Source: a virus
Lineage: Duplodnaviria; Caudoviricetes
Length of the DNA: 64,000 nt
Strand: one strand, 5' to 3'
IMG/VR virus record: IMGVR_UViG_3300046710_000146
Location: 49,863 to 113,862 of that record
Below are positions 27,912 through 36,976 of this stretch, in pieces. The notes below the pieces were generated by a model, which saw only the letters and a list, made by a program, of their open reading frames with translations, had not been told where the DNA came from and ran no database searches. The stretch's first letter is position 1. The number at the start of each line of letters is the position of its first letter. Both the position numbers and the translations under genes were made by a program.

Positions 27912-28808
27912 TCAACTGTACCGCTGCCAGCTCCCAATGCTGGCGGTGTCACCTACCCACTCAAAGACCTGATTGAGCACCCCCATCGAGCCATCATCCT
28001 TCTCGGAGTAGTTCAGATGGATCATGACCCGGTCGGGGCCGGTGTTCAACCCAACAGGCGTGCTTGGTAGCCCATCACCGCCGCCCATATTCGTCGGTGC
28101 AAGCGCGCTGAGAATATCATCGTCTACGCCCGTATCCTGTGCATCTTCACCACCGCTCGTTGGGGCGATCAGGGCGCTGCCCCGCGCCGGCATGTACACG
28201 AACCCGGTGGTGTCAGCATTCAGGGCGGCCCGGAGGGCACCGGGGTCCCAGCCTATAGTACTTTGCATCGTGATCTGATCGGTGACGACGTGGGACACCA
28301 GGGGGTACCGACGGGTGCGTGGCCGTAGATAGACGACTGCTCCTGTCGGCCAGCCTCCAATTCCGGTGACTTTGAATGAGATGTTGCCTGCGCTGAACAA
28401 CCCGTCATGCACCTGGCCAAGATCAACTGCTGGGGGCGTTGGACCGGCCGCTATCTGCCACCTAATGCCTGTTAATTCCGCCCGCCACTCGGTGCCATTG
28501 AACTTGATCCTCAGTTCTTGGTTCCAATCGATGGTGAGCTTTAGAAGTGCCAACGTTGGCACTTCCATCCCCGTTGCAAAGATCTGCTCGTCGGGTTTAA
28601 GACGCGTGTGATGGACGACACAGGTCCCCTCAGCTCCGTCTTCAACAACGGCGATCTTGATTAGATTTGCCTGTTCACCCCGCTCAATCGATCTAAAGAA
28701 TGTGCCCGCGACGTAAAGTCGCGATCTGGTCGCCGACCTAGACGTGAGCTTCACTGGCCCAACTGGATTGGGAACATACGAGCCTGATTTGGGTTGATTC
28801 AATGACAT
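27912..28808 (-). CDS. hypothetical structural protein
   Basis: TGATG-coupled to the PAAR gene. Confidence 0.7.
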   Translation of the reverse strand: MSLNQPKSGSYVPNPVGPVKLTSRSATRSRLYVAGTFFRSIERGEQANLIKIAVVEDGAEGTCVVHHTRLKPDEQIFATGMEVPTLALLKLTIDWNQELRIKFNGTEWRAELTGIRWQIAAGPTPPAVDLGQVHDGLFSAGNISFKVTGIGGWPTGAVVYLRPRTRRYPLVSHVVTDQITMQSTIGWDPGALRAALNADTTGFVYMPARGSALIAPTSGGEDAQDTGVDDDILSALAPTNMGGGDGLPSTPVGLNTGPDRVMIHLNYSEKDDGSMGVLNQVFEWVGDTASIGSWQRYS

Positions 28809-29107
28809 CAAGCTTCAACGTAAACGTCAGGGGAGGCGGAGGAAGCAACGCCGCCATGGGTTTGTTTACCACATCGATGCGGCACGATTGAGGTCACACC
28901 AAGTAAAGCGACTGCTTGGTTGTTCACGAATACGGTACTTGACCAGCCACCTGAAAATACAGTTGGCGGAAAGCACCCATGCCCCGTGGTTGTTTTTTGC
29001 CCTTGGTGTGTGATTGGCAACCCGTTCGCGAACACGTTGTTCGACCCTGCGGCCGAATGATCGCCGCATGATACGCTATCGCCAATTCGAACGGTATTTC
29101 CTGCCAT
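28808..29107 (-). CDS. PAAR-like spike tip protein (gp5.4-like)
   Basis: RIGD, GS.NVF.NG, H.C, S.TVFVN, S..V motifs. Confidence 0.9.
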   Translation of the reverse strand: MAGNTVRIGDSVSCGDHSAAGSNNVFANGLPITHQGQKTTTGHGCFPPTVFSGGWSSTVFVNNQAVALLGVTSIVPHRCGKQTHGGVASSASPDVYVEA

Positions 29108-29111
29108 GCCC

Positions 29112-29117
29112 TATTTA
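29112..29117 (-). promoter_or_regulatory. late promoter TAAATA, 4 nt before ATG 29107
   Basis: TAAATA-gggc-ATG; no SD sequence. Confidence 0.65.
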
Positions 29118-29128
29118 GGTCGTCAGAA

Positions 29129-29677
29129 TCACATATTCACTGAGATCGTTGGGGTGCACCCAAGCGCCCGAAGATCTGACTTCAAACGCCCTGGTGAAAG
29201 ATTCAAATTTGGCAGCGGCACACCACCTTGATGTAGGACATCAGCAACCAACTCAGAGCAGACCTGCCGCTTAGTATTACCTGCTGGGATCCCAAAGAAC
29301 TCCTTCAGCCCAATGCTGATTAGGTCGAAGTATCCATACGGCTCATCCGCAACCCGTGACAGCAACAGCTCTTCCATCTTGGTGAAGTCACCGGGACAAG
29401 GGGTGACATCAAATTTGAAGTTTGCGTAGTGACTCAGTGGAATTAGCCGCTTGCCATCACCCGCGGCATGGGCCTCAACCATCATCAACCGGTCAATACC
29501 ACTTGGGGACTTCATCCAGATCACCATCCCAGTGTGATACACGGGCGAGCCCGTGAAGATTCTGACGAGCGTTGGGAAGATCTTCTTTAGTGAGAGCGAG
29601 AATGTCGTGTAAACAGAGATCACATCTCCATTCTTGATAAATGCGCGCGCGGCCTCATAGCTCATGTCTTGTGTCAT
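29129..29677 (-). CDS. permuted papain-like (YaeF/YiiX, C92) amidase
   Basis: GD.I, HTG, EA, Y, CSELVA, SP motifs. Confidence 0.8.
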   Translation of the reverse strand: MTQDMSYEAARAFIKNGDVISVYTTFSLSLKKIFPTLVRIFTGSPVYHTGMVIWMKSPSGIDRLMMVEAHAAGDGKRLIPLSHYANFKFDVTPCPGDFTKMEELLLSRVADEPYGYFDLISIGLKEFFGIPAGNTKRQVCSELVADVLHQGGVPLPNLNLSPGRLKSDLRALGCTPTISVNM

Positions 29678-29686
29678 ATTGAATCC

Positions 29687-31312
29687 TTATAATGCTGGAA
29701 GTGATTGGCAGTATGCCAAACAGTTGTTCGCACGAGTCGTCCAGCCTGGGAAGTCGGCAAGTCGTGCAAGCTTCTTGATGAAGTTCAAGCGGGCGGTGTT
29801 CAGCTGAACACACATCGCCTGCTGCTGCGCCTGAGATTGAACACCGCTGATTGCAAGACCAGCATCGTTGAAGATCTTTCTACCATTTCCGCCGCCATGA
29901 TGGAAGTTTATGTCAAACAACATCACGCTGACGAGTGGAGCGTTCGTCAATAAGGTTCCCGTAGATGGGATTGGGGACCCCTTCCAGTAGTTATTGAACC
30001 CAGTCTTCTTGGCGCCCGCGTAGTCGACAGTTCGTACGACAGTTCGTGGATTTGGTTTCTGTGCAATGCCAAACTTTGTTTCTCCACCTGGAAAATTTTC
30101 AATGTTCACGTACCCAACTTTGTTTCGCTGGGCGGAGGTACCAATCAAACCCGCGATCACATCTGGATCTGATGCAGAGGAAGCTGACCAATGCGGTCCA
30201 ACTTCGGCGGTCATTGTGAAGAACCAAGCTAACTCAAATGGATCATTTGTTGGCGGTGCAGGATTCGCTGGATCAGTAGTCTCTGGTGGCAAAGCAGCTG
30301 GATATGCTGGTCCAAATGGTTCACAGCTCTCTTGTCGTGCTTGAACCTCGGCTTCACCTAATGATGCGGTGCTGGTCCGTGTTTCAACATCAGCCCCATC
30401 GCCGTTCGGAAGGGTTGAGCGTGCAACATCTAGCGAACCGCGGATAAGTGGTTCTGGATCAATGAACTTGCCATCAGGCAGCTTGCATTCAAAGTGCAGG
30501 TGATTACCGGTGCTCGCGCCTGTCGATCCTTCCAGCCCGATCTTCTGGCCCGCCATAACCTTCTGGCCCTCTTGCACATACACCTTTGCTAGGTGATTGT
30601 ACGTCGTCGTGCACAGATGTTTACCAGCACCGCTTAGGTGCTTCACCCATACTCGAACGCCATATCCAGTTCCTGGATTTCCACCAGCGAGCATCACGGT
30701 GCCGTCAGCTGCGGCTAGGCAGTCTTTGACCGCCCGATCAGCATACTTCATGTCGATGCCAGTATGCATCTTCATGACCTTCTGAATTGGGTGCATGCGC
30801 GGACCGAACTTAGAGTTCACAATCGACCCGGGTAGTGGGCTGATCAGTTGAATCTCAGTGCCTTCACCACCAGCGGATGGGGCTACGGTATATCCACGAA
30901 CATCGAGGGTTCCACCACTCCAGGCGACGGTGATCTTGATCTTGTACTTTGCGGTCAGATCACTGAACGTGCCACTCAGGTGACCGCTGGTGGTGAGCGT
31001 CAACCCTGGTGGTAGGGTATCAATTGTCCAGGCAAGGGTGCTCTCAGTCTCATGTGTGGAGCCCTTAGTTAGCCTGAACTGCACGTCCACTGATGCTGAT
31101 GTTGGGGTGCGCACAATTGGGATCGAAGCATTCTCGATCTTGTCGTTCACATTCCCCGTGGCATCATCTTGTAACCCCGTTGTGTTTCCACCACGGGCCA
31201 TGTAGCATTCAACGGTCTCTCCAGGGCGCATGTCACTCTCGGGGCCGCTGGCCTCAGAGAAGGCTGCACCGATCGCGGTACTTGGTGGAACTGGTGGGCA
31301 GCAGCCGGCCAT
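29687..31312 (-). CDS. modular peptidoglycan hydrolase: Ig-like + M23 peptidase + GH108-like lysozyme
   Basis: LPPGLTL; HTGID, Y.HL, STGNHLHFE; E...GGETKFGI...YW...LFD...HHG. Confidence 0.8.
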   Translation of the reverse strand: MAGCCPPVPPSTAIGAAFSEASGPESDMRPGETVECYMARGGNTTGLQDDATGNVNDKIENASIPIVRTPTSASVDVQFRLTKGSTHETESTLAWTIDTLPPGLTLTTSGHLSGTFSDLTAKYKIKITVAWSGGTLDVRGYTVAPSAGGEGTEIQLISPLPGSIVNSKFGPRMHPIQKVMKMHTGIDMKYADRAVKDCLAAADGTVMLAGGNPGTGYGVRVWVKHLSGAGKHLCTTTYNHLAKVYVQEGQKVMAGQKIGLEGSTGASTGNHLHFECKLPDGKFIDPEPLIRGSLDVARSTLPNGDGADVETRTSTASLGEAEVQARQESCEPFGPAYPAALPPETTDPANPAPPTNDPFELAWFFTMTAEVGPHWSASSASDPDVIAGLIGTSAQRNKVGYVNIENFPGGETKFGIAQKPNPRTVVRTVDYAGAKKTGFNNYWKGSPIPSTGTLLTNAPLVSVMLFDINFHHGGGNGRKIFNDAGLAISGVQSQAQQQAMCVQLNTARLNFIKKLARLADFPGWTTRANNCLAYCQSLPAL

Positions 31313-31566
31313 TATTTGCAGCTCTTCAGCGCGATCCGGAGTTCATTTTCATATGCAGTTGTGACCTCAACATCACCCATTAGATCACGAACAGCCTCGA
31401 AGACATCAGTGTACGGCGGGGTGAACCGAAGGGTAGGCGCAGCTGGCTCTTCAGTCTTGCATGGCACCTGCACCTCGACCTTTACCACTGGTGGAACTTG
31501 AATTGTTGGGGCTGTTACGCAGCCACCCAATGCCAGCATAAGAATCAGCGTGAATATAAGTTTCAT
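31312..31566 (-). CDS. o-spanin lipoprotein (Rz1-like)
   Basis: Lipobox LGGC, Pro-rich, C-terminal Cys. Confidence 0.8.
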   Translation of the reverse strand: MKLIFTLILMLALGGCVTAPTIQVPPVVKVEVQVPCKTEEPAAPTLRFTPPYTDVFEAVRDLMGDVEVTTAYENELRIALKSCK

Positions 31567-31925
31567 TTTTGCACCCCGTTGATCAGATCTAATGCAGACT
31601 TGCAGGAGTTTCCTGGTGTTGACGGCGGCGTCTTGTAGATCATGGTCGCCTTCTTCTTTGCCTTCACCGTCTCAGCCTTAGCAGCATCGATCAGGACCTT
31701 TGCTTCAGCAACTCGCTTGTCAGCCACAACCTTGGCCGCATCCACCGCGGCGTTCTGATCAAGGATCTTCTGCGAGAGGACATTGCCCTGAGCCGCACAG
31801 GTTATAAGCTGCTGCTCAAGGTCTTTGACAGCGTGCTGCAGATGTGACACATACAAGAGTGCGCCAACGCACGCGGACACGATAAGTCCAATGCCAATCA
31901 ACTTGGCGTATAGTCCTGATAACAT
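31563..31925 (-). CDS. i-spanin (Rz-like)
   Basis: N-terminal TM helix plus coiled coil, overlaps the o-spanin. Confidence 0.8.
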   Translation of the reverse strand: MLSGLYAKLIGIGLIVSACVGALLYVSHLQHAVKDLEQQLITCAAQGNVLSQKILDQNAAVDAAKVVADKRVAEAKVLIDAAKAETVKAKKKATMIYKTPPSTPGNSCKSALDLINGVQK

Positions 31926-31945
31926 ATGGGTATGCTCCTATGGAG

Positions 31946-32554
31946 TTAGATGAAGTCGATTGTGCCTACAGCTTCACCGATCGAACCAACCGATGGGGAA
32001 GAAATTGTGATTGCCACAGAGTATGGCAATAGATATGTACCACCCGGTGTGAAGGTTACGTGTACCACAGCGCTGGTTGCGCCAATAGCAAAGGTTAAGG
32101 TACCGGCGTCGTTGAACGGGGCATCACCGTCATACGCGCCGTATGTGCCATCATTGCTGGGCAGTCTGACCATCGACCAAGCCACCGTGGCTGCTGGTGT
32201 ATCACCAGTCCGGGTCACGGTGAATGGCGCGGTGAATCCATCAACGGTGGTGTCAATTGTACTTGCACCCGCATAGAACACGGTTGGGTACGCGAACACT
32301 GGGTCAATTGCCTGGGCTCCAATTGGATGTATATCAGCAACATTGCCATACAGGCGAACGGTGCCGCTGTATGGTTTTGTGAACTCAACCAAGAGCTCCG
32401 TGGTGCTAACGGCTTTCACTGACATTGGAAGGATCTGTGTCGCCACCCCATCAATGATAGTTACCACACTGGTGATTGGCACATTGGTGTACGAGTGATT
32501 GATCGTCCATGTTTGAGCTGGAACGACCTGAGTAAAGATTTGCGCAAAGTTCAT
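31946..32554 (-). CDS. virion protein: WxxxH module plus Calx-beta-like domain
   Basis: WTINHSY; FTVTRTG...GTLTFAIG. Confidence 0.65.
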   Translation of the reverse strand: MNFAQIFTQVVPAQTWTINHSYTNVPITSVVTIIDGVATQILPMSVKAVSTTELLVEFTKPYSGTVRLYGNVADIHPIGAQAIDPVFAYPTVFYAGASTIDTTVDGFTAPFTVTRTGDTPAATVAWSMVRLPSNDGTYGAYDGDAPFNDAGTLTFAIGATSAVVHVTFTPGGTYLLPYSVAITISSPSVGSIGEAVGTIDFI

Positions 32555-32784
32555 GATAGCGTCGCCTTTCCGGTGAGCGGAACCGAGAACGTGATCGTGC
32601 ACGTATTTGGATTCGTGTACGCCACAGATTTTGGCAGGATCTTCTGGCTCTCACCTTGATAGTCGACAAAGACATCAACAATGGGGTACATCCCCATGTT
32701 GTGTACAATGACCCAAGATGCAGACGCCACGGCTTGGGTGTGTTCAAACACCTGTGATGGTAGCTGTGAGTGCAGGTTTGCCAT
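32551..32784 (-). CDS. small virion protein (single WxxxHN module)
   Basis: WVIVHNMG...ITFS; AAGGAG RBS. Confidence 0.7.
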   Translation of the reverse strand: MANLHSQLPSQVFEHTQAVASASWVIVHNMGMYPIVDVFVDYQGESQKILPKSVAYTNPNTCTITFSVPLTGKATLS

Positions 32785-32797
32785 TATTGCTCCTTGA

Positions 32798-33397
32798 TTA
32801 GATGAGGCGCGCGTAACCAACCTGCGGGGTGCTGAACGTTACGGTGATTTGGTTCAAGCTGTCATGAATGATCGTGAGCGGCTGAACTTCCTGTGAACCG
32901 ATAAAGACTCGAACAATTGGGTAGTACCCAAGATTGTGCACAATAGTCCAGGCAGAATCAGCTGCGCCTTGTTGAAACGTGAATGCGTATGTTGGCTTCA
33001 CATTACCGTCAAACATACCTGAGATACATACAGCGCGACCGGCCATTGCACCCGCAAAGGTGATCGTTGCGGTGTTTGCACTGGTGGTTTCAATCTGGTC
33101 AGGAATCACAACCCGATTTGAGTTGTCAAAAACCTGGAAGTTCACCGATGAGGTGTTCAGCCCGTGCACAACGTACCAGGTGGTGGCAGCGGTAACCTGA
33201 GGATGCGTGTACGCGGTGATTTCATTTGTGAGAGGAACCCAAACTGGAAGGGCTCCGGCTGCAACGCAGATGTATACGATGCTGTTCATAAATGCGATCT
33301 GCCCAACGCCTGGAAGTGGCGGGAAGGCGGTGAGAGTTTCGAGAGTTGCATTTTGCAACTGGTTCTGTTGTAGATTGGCGTGGCCGTAGAACTTCAT
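32798..33397 (-). CDS. virion protein with two WxxxH modules
   Basis: WYVVHGLN and WTIVHNLG. Confidence 0.75.
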   Translation of the reverse strand: MKFYGHANLQQNQLQNATLETLTAFPPLPGVGQIAFMNSIVYICVAAGALPVWVPLTNEITAYTHPQVTAATTWYVVHGLNTSSVNFQVFDNSNRVVIPDQIETTSANTATITFAGAMAGRAVCISGMFDGNVKPTYAFTFQQGAADSAWTIVHNLGYYPIVRVFIGSQEVQPLTIIHDSLNQITVTFSTPQVGYARLI

Positions 33398-33430
33398 TTG
33401 GGTGTCCTCAATTAGGGAAGTGGTCAGATG

Positions 33431-33436
33431 TATTTA
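33431..33436 (-). promoter_or_regulatory. late promoter TAAATA
   Basis: Intergenic motif copy. Confidence 0.65.
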
Positions 33437-33457
33437 TGAGCTTAGGGGATCTGGATG

Positions 33458-33487
33458 AAAAAAGGGGTAGTCCATCGGACTACCCCT
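33458..33487 (-). terminator. rho-independent terminator
   Basis: AGGGGTAGTCC-GAT-GGACTACCCCT followed by a T tract on the minus strand. Confidence 0.9.
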
Positions 33488-33519
33488 GTTTCATGTACCT
33501 AGCGATAGGCGATCGTCAA

Positions 33520-36264
33520 TTAGACAATACCCATAACAACGACCTTACCAGCGATGGCGGTGTTGAAGGTAACTGTCAGGCTGGTGGTGCCATCGAACTT
33601 GATGGACTGTGGGATCACCACTTCGTCGGTTGAATCGACAATGGTCACGTTGCAGTACTTCTGGCCGATACCGTGGGTAACGGTCCATGAAGTAGAAGCT
33701 ACAGCTTGAGTGTGCAGGTGATAGATCTTCGCAGCTTGCCAAGCAGAACCGTCAGCGATCAGAGCTTGACCAGCGGTCGTTGCTGGTGCAATACCAACAT
33801 CTTGCAGATCACCAAGTGTAATCGTTGCACCAACCGCAGCTGGAGTAACAGCAACCCAGTCACCAGCGCTCTTCTGCAGCAGGCTGTTCGTAGCAGCGGC
33901 GTCAGCGGCTGAGACGTTTGACAGCGCGTCGAGCGAAGAAGCCAGAGTCACGGCGCCATTTACATCGACCGCGAAGTTTGCAGCTGCAAACGAAGCAACG
34001 CCGGTAAGCGAGGCAGTTGCCTTGCGAGCCGTGATCACCAGGCTGTTTGCACCCATAGCGGTCGAGATCGCAGCACCGTCACCGATGATTGCGAATGACT
34101 CACCAAGTGCAACTGGATCAGAACCGGCGACGCTGTCAGTGATGGTGATTGTGCTGTTGTCCAGCTGTGCATTCGAAATTGCAGCAATTGAAACAACGCC
34201 AGCAACCACAGCAAAGTCAGCCGATGCGAACTGTGCAACACCCTTCTGAGTGTATGATGCATCAGCAACACTGATGGTAACGCTTGAGGTGCCAGCTGGC
34301 GACTCAGTCGTTGCAGTAGAAACACCTTGAGCTGGCGTACCCTTGATCTGCAGTGTATCACCAAGAATGAGAGCATCGGTACCGGTGTCACCATTCAGGG
34401 TGAACTGTGAGTGAACCAACATGTCATTCGTAACACCAAGTGCCGAGATCTTCAGACCTGCAGTTGATTGCTCAAGACCAGCACCATCCAACATGAATGT
34501 CAGTTGACCACCAGCAGCAACCGATGAGAGCTGAACAGCCTTGTTCGGAACAATGTCGAGACCAATTTCATCAGTTGGGAGCTCGGAGATACCAGCACCA
34601 AGGTTCACATAGATGGTGTTGCCAGAAGAACCGAGACCAGTGCCCCATGTGTATGTGCTTGAACCAGAGAACTGGGTCCAGACAACTGGAGATGTACCGA
34701 TCGTGGTAACAGTGCTGGTTTGTGTCCAACCTGAGTTATCATTGATCGTACCGTCAAGAACGAAGACCGTTGCGCCATTGAACTCAGCGGCAGTGTCCAT
34801 AGCTGGATCACGAACTGGAGCACCAGCAGCTTGAACAACGTAGATGCCGTTTTCAGCAGGAGCGGTCTGATCTTTGACCAAGACACGATTGCCAGCAATA
34901 AGCGTGATGCCGTCAAGAACGGAACCAGCTGTGATGGTTGCCAGTGCAACGTTAGCAACCGTAGCGGCGTTAACAGCTTGCTTCCATGAGAGACCAGCAG
35001 CAACTGCGTCAACGTATGCTTTGTTTGCACCTTGATTGTCGAGCGTTGGGACACTGTCCATGGTCACGAAGTTCGTGCCCATAATCAAGTTACCCGACAT
35101 GGTGTCACCAATGACGTTCACGTATGTAGCATCAGTCAAGGCGGTGATATCGGCAAGAACCACCGCGGTGTTACCAACAACACGACCCTTAGAGTCAAGG
35201 GTGATCTTACGGAAGTCACCGGTGGCGGCTTGCGTAACAGGTGCCAGACCAAACGTGGTGTCAGTAGTGATACCAGCTGCGTCACCAGTAATCACGATGT
35301 CGGCAGCAACCGTTGAGAATGAACGGGTTGTTGCGCCGCCGTCAGCAGTGCGAACAATATAACCGGTCGTTGCGAGGCCTTCAAGAGCAGCCAAGTCATT
35401 GGCAAGCGCAAAGGTTGGGTTACCAGAACCGTCGAGATTTGACAGCGTGAAACCAGCAGCTGGATTCACAAAGGTCCGTGAAGAAACGATGTTCCCAGTT
35501 GCATCAACGGTGACGAAGCCAGGGCCGGTCAACGAGGCCAACGAGGTCAGACCGGCATCAAGCGGTTGCTTGTTGTCAAGTTGGCCTTGAATGCCAGAGG
35601 TAACACCATCAACAAAGCTCAGTTCACCAGCTGTGAGGGTAGATACGATGCCGGTAAGGACATTCAGCTCAACAGCGGTAGAGGTGACGTTGTGCAGCTT
35701 GATGAAGTCAGCTTGAACAGCGGTACCAAGGTGCAGCTCATTCAGCTCGAGTGCAGTTGCGGTAACATTCGAAACGTCAGCGAGGACCAGCGTGTGATCG
35801 AGCCAGTTTGAATTTCCAGCGGTGAACAGGAACTTAGCGCCAGTTGGAACTGCGGCTGACAACGTAACGTCATCGAGTTCGTACAACGTGTTGTTCGCGG
35901 TAGCGTACGCAGCAATTTGGTTGATCGCGTTCGTGAATGATGTTGGGGTCGACAGGCCGGCTTGGGCTGGGAAGCCAGCAGCGTTGAACGTACCGTCGGT
36001 GTTGATACCAGCACCGAGGGAAGCCTCGATTGCATCGCCTTCAGCTTGTGAGAACGCGGTGCCACCAGTTGCCGTTGCAACCCATGATCCGCCGCCAATG
36101 GTGTCTGAACCGAAGGACAGCACTGAGGTAGTTGAATTGTAGATCAGACGGCCATGGTCTTGTCCTGGGGTGTAACCTGGCATTGCGGCGTATTTTTCAA
36201 CGCGAAGGTTCTTGATTTCTGATGCGGATGATGCATCAAATGCTAGTGAGCCGTTAACTTTCAT
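33520..36264 (-). CDS. long fibre-like virion protein (914 aa)
   Basis: A/T/G-rich, RVLVKDQT...ENGIY domain, KGVA.F repeats, C-terminal WxxxH module. Confidence 0.75.
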   Translation of the reverse strand: MKVNGSLAFDASSASEIKNLRVEKYAAMPGYTPGQDHGRLIYNSTTSVLSFGSDTIGGGSWVATATGGTAFSQAEGDAIEASLGAGINTDGTFNAAGFPAQAGLSTPTSFTNAINQIAAYATANNTLYELDDVTLSAAVPTGAKFLFTAGNSNWLDHTLVLADVSNVTATALELNELHLGTAVQADFIKLHNVTSTAVELNVLTGIVSTLTAGELSFVDGVTSGIQGQLDNKQPLDAGLTSLASLTGPGFVTVDATGNIVSSRTFVNPAAGFTLSNLDGSGNPTFALANDLAALEGLATTGYIVRTADGGATTRSFSTVAADIVITGDAAGITTDTTFGLAPVTQAATGDFRKITLDSKGRVVGNTAVVLADITALTDATYVNVIGDTMSGNLIMGTNFVTMDSVPTLDNQGANKAYVDAVAAGLSWKQAVNAATVANVALATITAGSVLDGITLIAGNRVLVKDQTAPAENGIYVVQAAGAPVRDPAMDTAAEFNGATVFVLDGTINDNSGWTQTSTVTTIGTSPVVWTQFSGSSTYTWGTGLGSSGNTIYVNLGAGISELPTDEIGLDIVPNKAVQLSSVAAGGQLTFMLDGAGLEQSTAGLKISALGVTNDMLVHSQFTLNGDTGTDALILGDTLQIKGTPAQGVSTATTESPAGTSSVTISVADASYTQKGVAQFASADFAVVAGVVSIAAISNAQLDNSTITITDSVAGSDPVALGESFAIIGDGAAISTAMGANSLVITARKATASLTGVASFAAANFAVDVNGAVTLASSLDALSNVSAADAAATNSLLQKSAGDWVAVTPAAVGATITLGDLQDVGIAPATTAGQALIADGSAWQAAKIYHLHTQAVASTSWTVTHGIGQKYCNVTIVDSTDEVVIPQSIKFDGTTSLTVTFNTAIAGKVVVMGIV

Positions 36265-36276
36265 GGGTGTCTCCTG

Positions 36277-36504
36277 TTATAGAATGCGTTTTGTGGCGGT
36301 TGTCAACGCCTTTACCGCGTTGTTCAATGCGACTGGTTCAACTCGAGATTGTCCCAAATTGAACTCTGTTAGCTGCGAATCCTCAACATCGGCAAAGCAA
36401 AAAATGCCTCGCTTACCGTCTTTTTCGATCCGGTCAAGGCGATACCCGTGCACTTTTAACACTGCAGCTAGGACGATATCACTCGTTTCGACGTGTTGCT
36501 TCAT
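36277..36504 (-). CDS. small hypothetical protein (DUF5659-like)
   Basis: TSDI.LAA.L...G..L...........F.F pattern. Confidence 0.65.
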   Translation of the reverse strand: MKQHVETSDIVLAAVLKVHGYRLDRIEKDGKRGIFCFADVEDSQLTEFNLGQSRVEPVALNNAVKALTTATKRIL

Positions 36505-36537
36505 GGATAAACATCTTGGTCTGGTTTTCTTCAGTGG

Positions 36538-36543
36538 TATTTA
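36538..36543 (-). promoter_or_regulatory. late promoter TAAATA
   Basis: Intergenic motif copy. Confidence 0.65.
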
Positions 36544-36577
36544 GAGAATTGACTGTAAGAGCAGTAAAAAAGTGCTA

Positions 36578-36976
36578 TCAATCTAAAAATATCACCCGGG
36601 CAACCCCAGCCTGAGCCGTGTTGAACGTGATGACGATGGTGTTTGCGTCCAAAATCTGCATGTTATCTGGAATGATCACGTACTTGTTCTCATCGAACGC
36701 CTGGATAATCACCTCTTCCGAGGCCAAATTATGTGCTACCACCCATACGGCGTTAGGTACCATGACAGCGAGTTTAAAGGATCGAAGTGTAGAGTTTGGA
36801 ACGCCTTGAACAACGCCACCAACTGAGCCTAGAACTTGCCCATCGGCAATCGGAACACCAACGTGCTGACGGGGTCCAGGCCCGCGACGGACTAGAACAT
36901 TTTCTTGACCGCTATCAGTTTCAGTATATGGTCGTTTAGGTAGCTCTACCTGAACGAAGGTCTCAAATGCACTCAT
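36578..36976 (-). CDS. virion protein with a WxxxHNL module
   Basis: WVVAHNLA...ITFN. Confidence 0.75.
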   Translation of the reverse strand: MSAFETFVQVELPKRPYTETDSGQENVLVRRGPGPRQHVGVPIADGQVLGSVGGVVQGVPNSTLRSFKLAVMVPNAVWVVAHNLASEEVIIQAFDENKYVIIPDNMQILDANTIVITFNTAQAGVARVIFLD

